From Gemmatimonadaceae bacterium (lineage in GTDB: Bacteria > Gemmatimonadota > Gemmatimonadetes > Gemmatimonadales > Gemmatimonadaceae), in contig JBJMOW010000005.1 in NCBI GenBank assembly GCA_045803545.1, positions 928,001 through 992,000 on the forward strand: a stretch of DNA of 64,000 nt. The letters are read 5' to 3'. Positions within the stretch are counted from its first letter, which is position 1, and every line of letters starts with the position of its first letter. Below are positions 28,091 to 38,724 of the stretch, one piece after another. The translations under genes were made by a program, and so were the position numbers. Under the pieces are notes generated by a model. It was not told where the DNA came from. It made no database searches and saw only the letters and a program-made list of their open reading frames with translations.

Positions 28091-28597
28091 CTACCGAATA
28101 CGAACTTGCAAAGGCGCACTGACGATCCCTTCGGTTGACTGGGTGTTGCCAAGCTCATGTACCGTTCCAATCACGGTGTATTTGCCCGGGCCGACGGGCA
28201 GCCGGTGGTCCGTGCGCTGAGGCCACATGTCCATAAAGATTAGCGAGTCACCTGGAGCGAGAGGGCCCTGCAGCTCCGCGCTCGCGCCACTACGGTGCCA
28301 GAGTTTATGCCTGACCCGATACGACCACCGGTACACTTTATAGTCGGTTTGCAACCGCCCTACCGAGGGCAAAGCAAACATCACCGTGTCTTTGCTGATG
28401 TTCGTTAGCACGAGACGCAAAGGGACCGGCTGACCGCCAGCGATCACAGCGGGCGCCTCAAGTCGTAGAGAAAACGGTCCCGACGTCGTAACTGAGCTCG
28501 TCATTCCACTCGTGTACGCAACTGTAGATGCGCACCCACCGCCCGCCGCCGCTGCGACGGCGGCCAAAACCCTGCCACAGCTCGCGCTCTGCATCAC
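28091..28597 (-). CDS. Hypothetical lipoprotein with BsuPI/Ig-like domain
   Basis: GGC lipobox-like site; LRLVLTN, LAPGDSL..W, PGKYTV. Confidence 0.65.
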   Translation of the reverse strand: MMQSASCGRVLAAVAAAAGGGCASTVAYTSGMTSSVTTSGPFSLRLEAPAVIAGGQPVPLRLVLTNISKDTVMFALPSVGRLQTDYKVYRWSYRVRHKLWHRSGASAELQGPLAPGDSLIFMDMWPQRTDHRLPVGPGKYTVIGTVHELGNTQSTEGIVSAPLQVRIR

Positions 28598-30708
28598 CGG
28601 TTTTCAAGCCCCACAATTAACGCCCTGCCGGCCGCGGGATAGCGGTAGATCGCGCCTGATCCACCTGGATCGGGAAACGCGGTCACGTCGTAACGACGAT
28701 TCAGCACGTTCTGCAAATCGATCGTGAGCTTCGCTGGCCCAAATGGAATTCCGACGCGCGAGTCGAGCCGCGTGAGTCCGCGCAGCTCGATAAGATTCTC
28801 ATCGTCGACAAACGCGCCACTCAACGAAGACGCGACGACACCGGCCGTAAGGCCGCGCCAGACCGCAACGTTCGCCCCTGCCGATGCAACGTTGCGCGGA
28901 ATCGCCTTCAGCTGCTTGCTCTCGAATTGTCCATTCAGGGCGATGACCTGCTGCCGGGTGTAGTTCGCGAACGCGAACCATTTCTCTGCCCCGGCCGACA
29001 CGCCGAGCTCGGCGCCACGATGACGGCTGCGTCCGATATTGATGTAGCGGAATGTGTTGATGTCGAAGTCCAGCTCCTCACGCATTTTCTGTTCATAGAG
29101 TGCAGCCGACCAGTCGATGTGTGCGCCGTCCAGTTTCCACGATTGATACAGTCCGCCCTCGATCGAAGTACCGCGCTGCGGAACGAGATCCGGGTTCGAC
29201 ACCGTCGCCGAGAATGGCGGAAATGGAATTGGGATGCGACGATCGTCGAACAGCTGATCGAGAGTCGGCGTCTTGAACGCCTTCCCCGCCGAGACGAAGA
29301 CGTTCGTCGCTGTCCGCGCCGATGCCGGCAAAGCGAAGTTCAGCCCGACGTGCGGACTCAAGGCATTGTGCGTCTTCCTTTCAGTATTCCCGCCCGACCC
29401 GCTGCCCGGCTCGAATTTGTCGGCGATCCGATCGCCGCGTACACCGAGAGAAAAGCGCAATGGCGCGACGGGACGGAGCTGCCAATTGATGAATCCAGCC
29501 AACGACTGGCGACTGGCATTGGTCGGCGGACTCGACGGACCGGCGTCTCCGTTGGAATTGGCGTAGGCGTTGATATCACCAGCAACGATGTCCGCGTATC
29601 TCGAGGTGAGCTTCCCTGCCGACGCATCCACACCAGCGACCACTCGACCAAAGATGCCCGGATCGTCATCGCCAACTTCGACCTGCCCGGAAGTAAAAAC
29701 TCGCGGCGCTCTCGTCCGTCGCAGCTTGGTGTCAGCGAAATTAGTCGACAGCGGCAGCGTCTTCACCGCGCGCGCTGTCGCCAACTCAGCGACCAGGTAG
29801 CCCGAGAACTTTGCCGGTCCAATCAGTCGAGCGCCATCCACTCCCGCGCGATCGACCCGCTCGGAGGCATGATCGAGACGGAAAAAAGGATTTTGCGCCC
29901 GGCGGTCGTCAGTCGTGGTCAGCAGCGGCCCGGGATCGTCGGTCTTTCGCGCGTGCAACAGAATGAATCCGCCAATCGACGATTCGGTTCCGTACCGCTC
30001 GAACTTTGCGTGGATGTTCGACGACGCGAGATAATCCTCAACGCGATACCCGTTCGACGAGCGGTAGTCAGCCGCGATCTCTGCGACACCGCCGCCAACG
30101 CTACGACTCGCACGCACCGCTGCATCTCCGACCGCGTAGGATCCGTACGCGGCTCGCCAGAACAGCTCACCCGGCTGAACTGGAATCAGCTCGTTGAGTG
30201 TCCCGCCGACGGCGGCGTCCCCGTGCATGTACGATGTCGCGCCGCGCACCAGCTCGAGTCGACTAAGAGCCCACGGCGACAGCATCGTCCAGTCGACTGC
30301 GCCCGAGCCAAGCGCCGCGATCGGAACGCCATCGATCTGAGCGGCGACGTAGTCAGTCTCGCCGCCACCATAGAATCCGCGCGCGATCACCCGTGGATTT
30401 CCGCCCACCGAGCTGACATCGACGACCGCGATTCCCGGAACGATCGCGAGAGCGGCGCCGAGCGAGCGGAAAGGAAGCGCGCGGATCAAGGAGCCTGGCA
30501 CCGCTGTCACCGCGACAGTCGACGATCGAAGCGTCGACGCCGACCGATCCGGCGTTACGACAACCGTGTCTAGATGCTGAACCGCCGTCGTATCTCGTAT
30601 TTGACCGAACGCAACGGCCGAGCATAACGTCACTCCCAACGCAGCGGCTGATGAAAGACGTGAGACAGCAGTGACACCTGGGCGATCGAATAGACGACTG
30701 AATGGCAA
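28594..30708 (-). CDS. TonB-dependent receptor
   Basis: TonB box LDTVVVT, plug IARGF / [16 protein letters not shown]-terminal NVLNRRY...GRA. Confidence 0.9.
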   Translation of the reverse strand: MPFSRLFDRPGVTAVSRLSSAAALGVTLCSAVAFGQIRDTTAVQHLDTVVVTPDRSASTLRSSTVAVTAVPGSLIRALPFRSLGAALAIVPGIAVVDVSSVGGNPRVIARGFYGGGETDYVAAQIDGVPIAALGSGAVDWTMLSPWALSRLELVRGATSYMHGDAAVGGTLNELIPVQPGELFWRAAYGSYAVGDAAVRASRSVGGGVAEIAADYRSSNGYRVEDYLASSNIHAKFERYGTESSIGGFILLHARKTDDPGPLLTTTDDRRAQNPFFRLDHASERVDRAGVDGARLIGPAKFSGYLVAELATARAVKTLPLSTNFADTKLRRTRAPRVFTSGQVEVGDDDPGIFGRVVAGVDASAGKLTSRYADIVAGDINAYANSNGDAGPSSPPTNASRQSLAGFINWQLRPVAPLRFSLGVRGDRIADKFEPGSGSGGNTERKTHNALSPHVGLNFALPASARTATNVFVSAGKAFKTPTLDQLFDDRRIPIPFPPFSATVSNPDLVPQRGTSIEGGLYQSWKLDGAHIDWSAALYEQKMREELDFDINTFRYINIGRSRHRGAELGVSAGAEKWFAFANYTRQQVIALNGQFESKQLKAIPRNVASAGANVAVWRGLTAGVVASSLSGAFVDDENLIELRGLTRLDSRVGIPFGPAKLTIDLQNVLNRRYDVTAFPDPGGSGAIYRYPAAGRALIVGLENR

Positions 30709-30822
30709 GGCTGGCTCGTTCGACTGGCGTGGTGTTCCAGGGACCGCGACTTGCCGATGAATTTACTCCCGGTACATCCCGGCAATAGTTTCAACACGAT
30801 GCTGCCCCGCGCTGGAGTAGTG

Positions 30823-31221
30823 ATGCAGATCAAACGCAGTGGAACGCAGCCGTCTGGCAAAGGGCCGACCGATTGGTTCACCGGCACTGTTCGCATCGAT
30901 CCACTCTTTCAACCCGTAGCGCCACAACGCGCGGCAAGCGCCGCAGTAACCTTCGAGCCCGCCGCCCGCACAGCGTGGCACACCCACCCACTTGGTCAAA
31001 CCCTGATCGTGATATTCGGCAACGGTCGAGTGCAGCGCGAGGGCGGTCCTATTGAGGAGATCCGTCCGGGAGACGTGGTCTCGTTCGAGCCTGGTGAGAA
31101 GCATTGGCACGGCGCGTCACCGACGACAGCAATGACTCACATTGCAATTCAGGAAGCGCTCGACGGCAAAGCGGTTGAATGGCTCGAGAAAGTCACCGAC
31201 CAGCAGTACAACGGGAAATAA
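30823..31221 (+). CDS. Cupin domain protein
   Basis: [12 protein letters not shown] and EKHWHGA cupin motifs. Confidence 0.92.
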   Translation: MQIKRSGTQPSGKGPTDWFTGTVRIDPLFQPVAPQRAASAAVTFEPAARTAWHTHPLGQTLIVIFGNGRVQREGGPIEEIRPGDVVSFEPGEKHWHGASPTTAMTHIAIQEALDGKAVEWLEKVTDQQYNGK

Positions 31222-31224
31222 CAC

Positions 31225-32229
<1,005 letters not shown>

Positions 32230-32231
32230 CT

Positions 32232-33146
32232 CTACTTCGCCCAGATACTGTTCGGCAGAGGTGTTGCCTGGCTGTCGCCCTCGGCGAGAGGGGTGAGCCC
32301 GAAGTTGTCTTCGATCGTTCGCAGAAGGCTATAGTGAGTCAGCTGCGCCCCATAACGACCGGGTTTGACGACGTCTCCGAAGAGCATCGCGAGCACACCA
32401 TTGGTCCGTGCCTCTCTTCCACCGCCTTCATCCCACACGATCACCAACAGCGTGCGGTCCTTCGCTGCTGCGCTGCTGTTGAAGTCATGGACGAAGCGCT
32501 GCAACCACGCCGAGGCGGTCGCAAGAGGCGTATCGTGTCCGTCGTTGAAGAGGTTGGGGCTGTAGAACGAATAGTTTGGCAGCCGGTGCAAGCGCGCATC
32601 CGTCAGGAACTGATCTGCGTTTACAACGCGCGCGCAACGCCGAGCGTTCGTCTGTACCGACGCGAAGTTGAGTAGTGGAACGTGTCGTTTGGTGTAGACC
32701 GCCGTTGGCTTCGCACCTGGGGTAAGTCGACGAGCCCCAGCCTCTCCGCGCAGAAAGCAGGCGCCAGGAAAATCCTCAGCGTAGGACTTCCACGTCAGCC
32801 CTTTCTCCTCGAGCCGGTCGACAATGCTCTTCGCCTTGAGCGGCGTGTCAACGTGATCGCGTGTTAGACCGAAAGTGGTGCCCGCGACCAATGCGAGGTA
32901 GTTCGGCAGCGACGGATGCGCCAGCGCATGGTAATTGGACAGCCAGGCGGATTCCCTGGAAAGGGAGGCGATGCCGGGGTCGGCAAGCGCCTGACTCGTC
33001 CCCTCATTCTCCATCACCACTACCACGACGTGATCGAAGTGCTTCCCGCGCCCCGAAACGCGCGCTCCCTGGACAGTCAGCGGTGCGAATGCCAGCGATG
33101 CGCAGAACGGCGCAACGACGCCGCGTGGGATCAAATATTCTCTCAA
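32232..33146 (-). CDS. Phosphoesterase / acid phosphatase family protein
   Basis: HVVVVVMEN, HPSLPNY, NDGHD, VWDE, THYSLLRTIEDNFGL. Confidence 0.88.
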   Translation of the reverse strand: MREYLIPRGVVAPFCASLAFAPLTVQGARVSGRGKHFDHVVVVVMENEGTSQALADPGIASLSRESAWLSNYHALAHPSLPNYLALVAGTTFGLTRDHVDTPLKAKSIVDRLEEKGLTWKSYAEDFPGACFLRGEAGARRLTPGAKPTAVYTKRHVPLLNFASVQTNARRCARVVNADQFLTDARLHRLPNYSFYSPNLFNDGHDTPLATASAWLQRFVHDFNSSAAAKDRTLLVIVWDEGGGREARTNGVLAMLFGDVVKPGRYGAQLTHYSLLRTIEDNFGLTPLAEGDSQATPLPNSIWAK

Positions 33147-33197
33147 GGGTACCCCTCTTTCGGTAGAAGCGCACGAAGGGTACGAATCGTGACACGA

Positions 33198-33956
33198 TTA
33201 TCCGCGCAGCAGCCTCTGCAGTCCGGCGCGATACCCGTGCGTCGAGATCACCCGCCGGCCGCCACGCAGCGTCACCGCCCACTCACCGTGGGACCACGGC
33301 TCCAGATGGATGATGTGGTCGACATTGATGATCGACGAGCGGCTGATGCGAATGAACTTTGCGGGATCGAGCTTCTCTGCCAGCGAATGCATCGCGTGGC
33401 GAATCTTGTGTGATTCGGCGCCGGCGTGCAGTCGCACGAACTTGCCGTGCGCCTCGAACCAGGAGACGTCGTCCACCTTCTGCAGCACCACCCGATCCTT
33501 GTTCTTAATCGGCAGATATCTGACGTAGTCGTCCTTCTGCTTGCGCATCTCCTGCAGCATGCGCGTCACTGCGGTCGGCTCGGCGCCGGCAGCGCTCTGT
33601 GTGCGAGCAAAGACCCGGTCGATCGCGCGGTGTACGCGTTCGTCATCGAGTGGCTTCAGCACGTAGTCGACGGCATTGACGTCGAACGCATCCGTCGCGA
33701 ATTGCTCGTGGGCGGTGAGAAAGACGACCGCCGGCGCATCGTCACCGAGCTCGTCGAGAATCGCAAAGCCATCTCGACCCGGCATCTGAACGTCGAGGAG
33801 CAGGAGATCCGGCTTGTCGCGCCGGATCGCCACCAGTGCCTGGCGCGCGTCGCCGTAGCTGCCGATCACTTCGACGTCAGGCCTGCCGGAAAGAATTTCT
33901 CCGATCAGCTCCCGCGCAGCTGGCTCGTCGTCGACGATGACACTACGCAATTTCAC
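33198..33956 (-). CDS. LytTR-family response regulator
   Basis: VIVDDEP, LDVQMP, DYVLKP; LytTR domain FIRISRSSIIN. Confidence 0.93.
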   Translation of the reverse strand: MKLRSVIVDDEPAARELIGEILSGRPDVEVIGSYGDARQALVAIRRDKPDLLLLDVQMPGRDGFAILDELGDDAPAVVFLTAHEQFATDAFDVNAVDYVLKPLDDERVHRAIDRVFARTQSAAGAEPTAVTRMLQEMRKQKDDYVRYLPIKNKDRVVLQKVDDVSWFEAHGKFVRLHAGAESHKIRHAMHSLAEKLDPAKFIRISRSSIINVDHIIHLEPWSHGEWAVTLRGGRRVISTHGYRAGLQRLLRG

Positions 33957-35097
33957 GTTCGCGCGGATCCTCGACTGGCTGCGGCGCGAGCCGAGCGGGA
34001 ATGCGCATGGTCACGGTGAAACCCTGAATTGCTGTAGCGTCGACAGTCATCTGCTGATCGATTCCATACAATCTTTCCAGTCGCTCGCGGGTGTTTCCCA
34101 ACCCAACGTTTTCGACGAGCTTCCGGTTTCGCAGTCCCGCTCCGTTGTCGACGACCTTGAGCTCGAGCGAGCCGGCATCGACGCTGGCATCGATGCAGAT
34201 GACGAGCTCGTTGTCGCCATCGTGCATGCCGTGATGGATGGAGTTCTCGACTATCGGCTGCAGCAGCATCCGCGGCACGAGGATTCGCAGCGCCGCCGGC
34301 TGGATTCTTTTTTCCACGACCAGTCGCGACCCAAAGCGCGCGGTCTGGATGTCGATATAGACGTCGAGGAACTCGAGCTCACTGCCGAGCGCGACTTCAT
34401 GGGTGGCGGTATCGCGCAGCGTCTCGCGCAGGAGATCACTGAGCCGCGCCAGTGTCCTTCGCGCCAGCGGCACGTCGCGACTCATCAAGCTCGAGACAGT
34501 GTTCAACGTATTGAACAGAAAATGCGGCTGGAGCTGAAGTCGCAGGGAATCGAGCTGCGATTTCGCAAGCAGCGTCTGCAGCTCGCGCGTGTGCAGCTCT
34601 GTCGCGTTGAGCTCTCGGCGGTAGCGGAAGCTGTGGTAGAGGACGACTGCCGCGAAGTAGACGAAGAGGAAGAAGACGAAGTAGATACGCCAGACGATCC
34701 ACGTTTGCGCGAGCAGTGAGGTATCGAGATCCAGGCGGGCGTACTTGAGCGCCGCATCGGTGGACGCGATGCCGCTGCCGATCACGAGCGGCGAGATCAC
34801 CACTCGGCGCGTCAGCTCGATGATCATGAACTGGAGGAACAGGACAGCGCTCGCCAGCGCAAGGTGCGCCAGAAAATTCCGCAACGCTCTCGGCCCAAAG
34901 AGCGGGAAACGGCGCGCCAGCCAGAACACAATCGGACTGACGGCGAGGATGCTGAGCCACACCGGAAGCTCGAACAGATAGAGCTCCGTGACTGGCACAT
35001 CCTTGATGTGCAGCGCCAGCTGAATCGTCTGCGCGGCGGTGTAAAGAATTGCCGCGACGATAGCCAGGGCCCAGGCGCGTCGTCGTGAAATCATCAT
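33943..35097 (-). CDS. LytS-type membrane sensor histidine kinase
   Basis: QLQPHFLFNTLN, LLQPIVENSIHHG, GLGNTRERL; about 4 TM helices. Confidence 0.93.
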   Translation of the reverse strand: MMISRRRAWALAIVAAILYTAAQTIQLALHIKDVPVTELYLFELPVWLSILAVSPIVFWLARRFPLFGPRALRNFLAHLALASAVLFLQFMIIELTRRVVISPLVIGSGIASTDAALKYARLDLDTSLLAQTWIVWRIYFVFFLFVYFAAVVLYHSFRYRRELNATELHTRELQTLLAKSQLDSLRLQLQPHFLFNTLNTVSSLMSRDVPLARRTLARLSDLLRETLRDTATHEVALGSELEFLDVYIDIQTARFGSRLVVEKRIQPAALRILVPRMLLQPIVENSIHHGMHDGDNELVICIDASVDAGSLELKVVDNGAGLRNRKLVENVGLGNTRERLERLYGIDQQMTVDATAIQGFTVTMRIPARLAPQPVEDPREREIA

Positions 35098-35199
35098 TGT
35101 ATCAGACAACGTAAGGGCCTCAACGGTTTGGCGCTTTGCGCACTTTCGCACTGATTTTGAGACCGCGCGCAGTCGATGACGAAGCGCGAAATAACCACG

Positions 35200-35447
35200 T
35201 CATGGAACGTGGCATTCGTGCCGCGGTGGGCTCTTTCGTTCCAGAAGGATGGCTGCTGCTGCGTCATTCCCCTTTCTTTGTGGGCACGCGGTCTCTGATC
35301 GCTGTGCAGGCCGACTCGCAGCGGCCTGACAGCCCCACAGCGATCAGAGCTGCACCTCAAAAGAAAAAAGCGCTACTGGGTGTGCTTAGAAGGACGGGTG
35401 GGCCACCAGTAGCCGTCCCCGTACCCGCAAGGGTGCGGGGTTTTTTT
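35200..35447 (+). ncRNA. Candidate structured small RNA
   Basis: Consecutive stem-loops (7-bp, 14+7-bp and 8-bp stems) ending in a terminator, with no convincing + strand gene upstream. Confidence 0.5.
35417..35447 (+). terminator. Rho-independent terminator
   Basis: CCCCGTACCC-GCAA-GGGTGCGGGG followed by T7. Confidence 0.88.
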
Positions 35448-35476
35448 GTGCCTCAAGTGCACTCGATGCGAGAGAC

Positions 35477-35764
35477 TCAGCTAACCCAGCCGCGAACCTC
35501 CAGCATCACGCACTCCGAGGTTCGCGCGCTCGCATCGCCCACGCCGTGCTTCCGCTTCCAGCGCGCGATCACCGAGTCGATTGCCGCGGTGAGAGATCTC
35601 GCGCGCGCTAGGTGCCGGTAGCCGGCGGTCTTCCCAGGCGGCGGCCGTTTCTCACGCCATGCGAGCGATGCGCCGTTGTCGTACCACGTCACACATAGCT
35701 CATTCTCCTCGAGAAAGCGCCACCGTTCAGCATCGCTTGGCATCTTGAGGAAATTATCTACCAT
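35477..35764 (-). CDS. Hypothetical small protein
   Basis: 95-aa ORF filling the intergenic gap; no recognisable motif. Confidence 0.5.
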   Translation of the reverse strand: MVDNFLKMPSDAERWRFLEENELCVTWYDNGASLAWREKRPPPGKTAGYRHLARARSLTAAIDSVIARWKRKHGVGDASARTSECVMLEVRGWVS

Positions 35765-35801
35765 TCAAAGCGGTAAGCAACTTCATCTGCGCGAGGCGCG
35801 A

Positions 35802-36185
35802 ATGAGTGAACAAGCCTTCTCCGTAGTGACCGGAACATGGGCTGTGGTCCGACTTCCATCGGCAGCGCGAATTCCGGCGTGGGCCGCGGACGCGAGGGAG
35901 TTCAGCTCCGTGACACGGACAATGGACGAGCTGTCGATCGTCGTCGAGGAGTCTATCATCCCTCCGGATCAGCCGCGTGAGGGCAACTGGTCTCTGCTCA
36001 AGCTGCGCGGCCCGATTGCTTTCGATCAGGTTGGAGTTCTGGCGTCGGTCGCTGCTCCGTTGGCGTCACAAGACATCAGTATCTTCGCAATCAGCACCTT
36101 TGAGACGGATTACCTGCTCGTCAAATCATTGGACGTCGATCGAGCTCGCGATTGCCTCGAGGCGGCTGGTCACACGTTGATTTAG
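35802..36185 (+). CDS. ACT domain protein (ACT_7 / CASTOR-like)
   Basis: SVTRTMDELSIV, VGVLA, ISIFAISTFETDYLLV. Confidence 0.88.
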   Translation: MSEQAFSVVTGTWAVVRLPSAARIPAWAADAREFSSVTRTMDELSIVVEESIIPPDQPREGNWSLLKLRGPIAFDQVGVLASVAAPLASQDISIFAISTFETDYLLVKSLDVDRARDCLEAAGHTLI

Positions 36186-36206
36186 TGAAGCGAACCACTC
36201 CGTGCT

Positions 36207-37157
36207 TCAGGCGATTTGCTGCGCCTGTACGATCGCCGGGCCGCCCGCCAAATGCTTGCGCAATAAATCCACGAGATCGAACTGAAATCCCGGCGTCGGA
36301 TCGTCTGAGCGCACCGCGACAAACCATTTTCTGCTGAAGCCCGCTTCAGTCAACTTCACCGTCGTTACAAGTCCCGACCGCAGCGCGGGCCCGAGCGCCC
36401 ATCGTGACAGAACACTGACCCCAAGCCCAGCGCCAACCAGCTGCAGAATCGCTTCGGTGAGCTGGATCCGCGTGATCCGCTCCGGAACGATGCCCGCCGG
36501 ATCGAGTACCTGACGAGTCACCGTGGTGGTGCCGTCGGTAGTCGAATACATGATCAGGTGCTCTGTCGCGAAATCTTCTGCGGATACGAACAGCTTTTTC
36601 GACCAGCGATGGTTGGGCGCAACGACCACCACCAACTCGTCGTCAAAAAGCTGTTCGTAACGCAGCCGGCGATCCGCAGAAAGATTGTGGACGATCGCAA
36701 CATCCAGCGTGCCCTCACGCAACGCCGCCAGTGGCGACGTGGTGTGCTCGGGCGCGATGTGCAGGTCGACGCATGGCCATCTCTCACGAAAAACTCGCAA
36801 CACCGCCGGCAGCCAATGGAACGCGGTGTAACATTCGGTGGCCAAACGGATCGTGCCGCGCGCCTGTGCAAAGTTTCCGTTTATCGCCTGCAGCTCGAAC
36901 CCATGCACCTGCGCCAGTACATCACGCGCGACGTGCGCGAGCTGCTCGCCCGCCGGGGTTGGCACCATTCGTCGCGCCGTGCGCACGAATAACGGCGTCT
37001 TCAATACTGACTCGAGCTCGCGCAGCTGATGGCTGAGCGCTGGTTGCGTGAGTTGCAGTGACACCGCCGCCGAGGTCAGGCTGCCCTGTGACGAGATCGC
37101 CGACATCAGGCGGAGATGTCTCATTTCGATTGCCGGATTGATCGCACGCTGACTCAT
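36207..37157 (-). CDS. LysR-family regulator (MetR-like)
   Basis: HTH LTQPALSHQLRELE; ATECYTAFHWLP. Confidence 0.92.
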   Translation of the reverse strand: MSQRAINPAIEMRHLRLMSAISSQGSLTSAAVSLQLTQPALSHQLRELESVLKTPLFVRTARRMVPTPAGEQLAHVARDVLAQVHGFELQAINGNFAQARGTIRLATECYTAFHWLPAVLRVFRERWPCVDLHIAPEHTTSPLAALREGTLDVAIVHNLSADRRLRYEQLFDDELVVVVAPNHRWSKKLFVSAEDFATEHLIMYSTTDGTTTVTRQVLDPAGIVPERITRIQLTEAILQLVGAGLGVSVLSRWALGPALRSGLVTTVKLTEAGFSRKWFVAVRSDDPTPGFQFDLVDLLRKHLAGGPAIVQAQQIA

Positions 37158-37255
37158 TAGCTTCTCGTGTCTTATTGTAAGAGCGCCCTCTCAGCGCTCA
37201 CCGACTAAGCTCTGTTGCCTTGCCATAAACAATACGCATGTGAGAACGCCGCGCC

Positions 37256-38698
37256 ATGACCACACCGAATACCCCAACCGATGACCCGTCCCTTCTATTT
37301 ACGGATCACATTGCCGGAAAGCCGATGAAGACAGCTTCACACTTCGACCCGACGTGGTCCGTGCTGGACGACGTCGCCGAGCGCGCTAAGCGGTATCTCA
37401 AGGGTGTGAACGAGCGGCGCGTCGCACCGACGCGCGACGCCGTGGCAGGTCTCGCCGCGCTCGACGTTCCGCTCCAGGATCGGCCGATTCCACCGGAGAA
37501 GGTTGTCGAAGAGCTCGATCGCATCGCCGAGCCGGCGACGCTCACGATCTCAGGCCCAAGATTCTTTGGCTTCGTAAACGGCGGCTCGCTGCCCGCAACG
37601 GTCGCCGTCAATTGGCTGTCGACAGCGTGGGATCAACACGGAACCTTCGCCGCCACATCCCCCGCCAGCACTGCCGTCGAACAAATCGCAATGCGCTGGA
37701 TCATCGACCTGCTCGGCCTGCCCGCGGAGTCCGTCGGCGCGTTCGTCACCGGCACCACTGTCGCGCATATCACCACACTCGCCGCCGCGCGCGATTGGCT
37801 GCTGGCACAGTCCGGCTGGAACATCGACCAGCAGGGATTGTTCGGTGCGCCCGAGATCGATGTCATCGCCGGTGACGAAGGTCACACTACCCTGTTCAAA
37901 GCACTCGGCGTCGTCGGACTCGGCCGCGCGCGCGGAATCACGGTGCCCGTCGATGCACAGGGACGGATGCGTGCCGATGCGTTTCCCGCGATCAACAGAC
38001 CCAGCATCGTGTGTCTACAGGCGGGTAACGTCAACACCGGTTCGTTCGATCCGTTCAACGAAATCATCGATCGCGTGCACGCCGCAGCGCATCCGACATG
38101 GGTGCACGTCGACGGCGCATTCGGCATCTGGGCTCGTGTCGCACCACAGCGCGCGCATCTCACGGCCGGCGTCGAGCGCGCCGACTCGTGGGCGACCGAC
38201 GGCCACAAGTGGCTAAACGTGCCGTACGACTGCGGCATGGCGATCGTCCGCAACGGCGACGCGTTGCGCAAGACGATGTCGTTCAAGGCGGATTACCTGC
38301 CGGAGGAGGCCGCGAACCCGTCCGATTACACGCCCGAAGGCTCACGCCGCGCGCGCGGAATGGATGCGTGGGCCGCGCTGCGCACGCTCGGCCGTTCCGG
38401 ACTAGCAGATCTCGTCGAGCGAAACTGCCGCCTCGCCAGGAGATTTGCCGATGCGTTCGTCGCTGCGGGTTATCCCGTTCTCAACGACGTCGTGTTGAAC
38501 CAGGTGCTGGTTTCGTTTGGTGAGCCGGAGCACACCCGCAGAGTGATCGCCGCGATTCAGGAGGACGGCACCTGCTGGTGCGGGCCGACTGTCTGGCATG
38601 GTCAAACGGCAATGCGCGTCAGCGTGATCTCGTGGATGACGACGGAGGAAGACGTCGATCGTTCGCTCGAAACAATTCTTCGGTTGGCGCGTTCATAG
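37256..38698 (+). CDS. PLP-dependent group II amino-acid decarboxylase
   Basis: PRFFGFV, AGNVNTG, WVHVDGAFG, DGHKWLNVPYD; start may be 37325. Confidence 0.9.
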   Translation: MTTPNTPTDDPSLLFTDHIAGKPMKTASHFDPTWSVLDDVAERAKRYLKGVNERRVAPTRDAVAGLAALDVPLQDRPIPPEKVVEELDRIAEPATLTISGPRFFGFVNGGSLPATVAVNWLSTAWDQHGTFAATSPASTAVEQIAMRWIIDLLGLPAESVGAFVTGTTVAHITTLAAARDWLLAQSGWNIDQQGLFGAPEIDVIAGDEGHTTLFKALGVVGLGRARGITVPVDAQGRMRADAFPAINRPSIVCLQAGNVNTGSFDPFNEIIDRVHAAAHPTWVHVDGAFGIWARVAPQRAHLTAGVERADSWATDGHKWLNVPYDCGMAIVRNGDALRKTMSFKADYLPEEAANPSDYTPEGSRRARGMDAWAALRTLGRSGLADLVERNCRLARRFADAFVAAGYPVLNDVVLNQVLVSFGEPEHTRRVIAAIQEDGTCWCGPTVWHGQTAMRVSVISWMTTEEDVDRSLETILRLARS

Positions 38699-38724
38699 CC
38701 GACGCCCGGCGAACAGCCGGTCGG

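Noticed and set aside
28927..30573. 548-aa + strand ORF and similar long antisense ORFs (for example 5647-6618, 25275-26282, 51213-52091)
   Set aside because: Shadow ORFs opposite well-supported genes, expected in high-GC DNA; no recognisable motifs
35200..35447. Identification as tRNA, tmRNA, SRP, RNase P, a known riboswitch or a retron ncRNA
   Set aside because: No signature sequences seen by eye and no reverse transcriptase nearby; an Rfam scan is still needed
35136..35621. 161-aa + strand ORF across the structured element
   Set aside because: Reads through the terminator, overlaps the opposite-strand ORF and has no motif; a shorter peptide cannot be fully excluded
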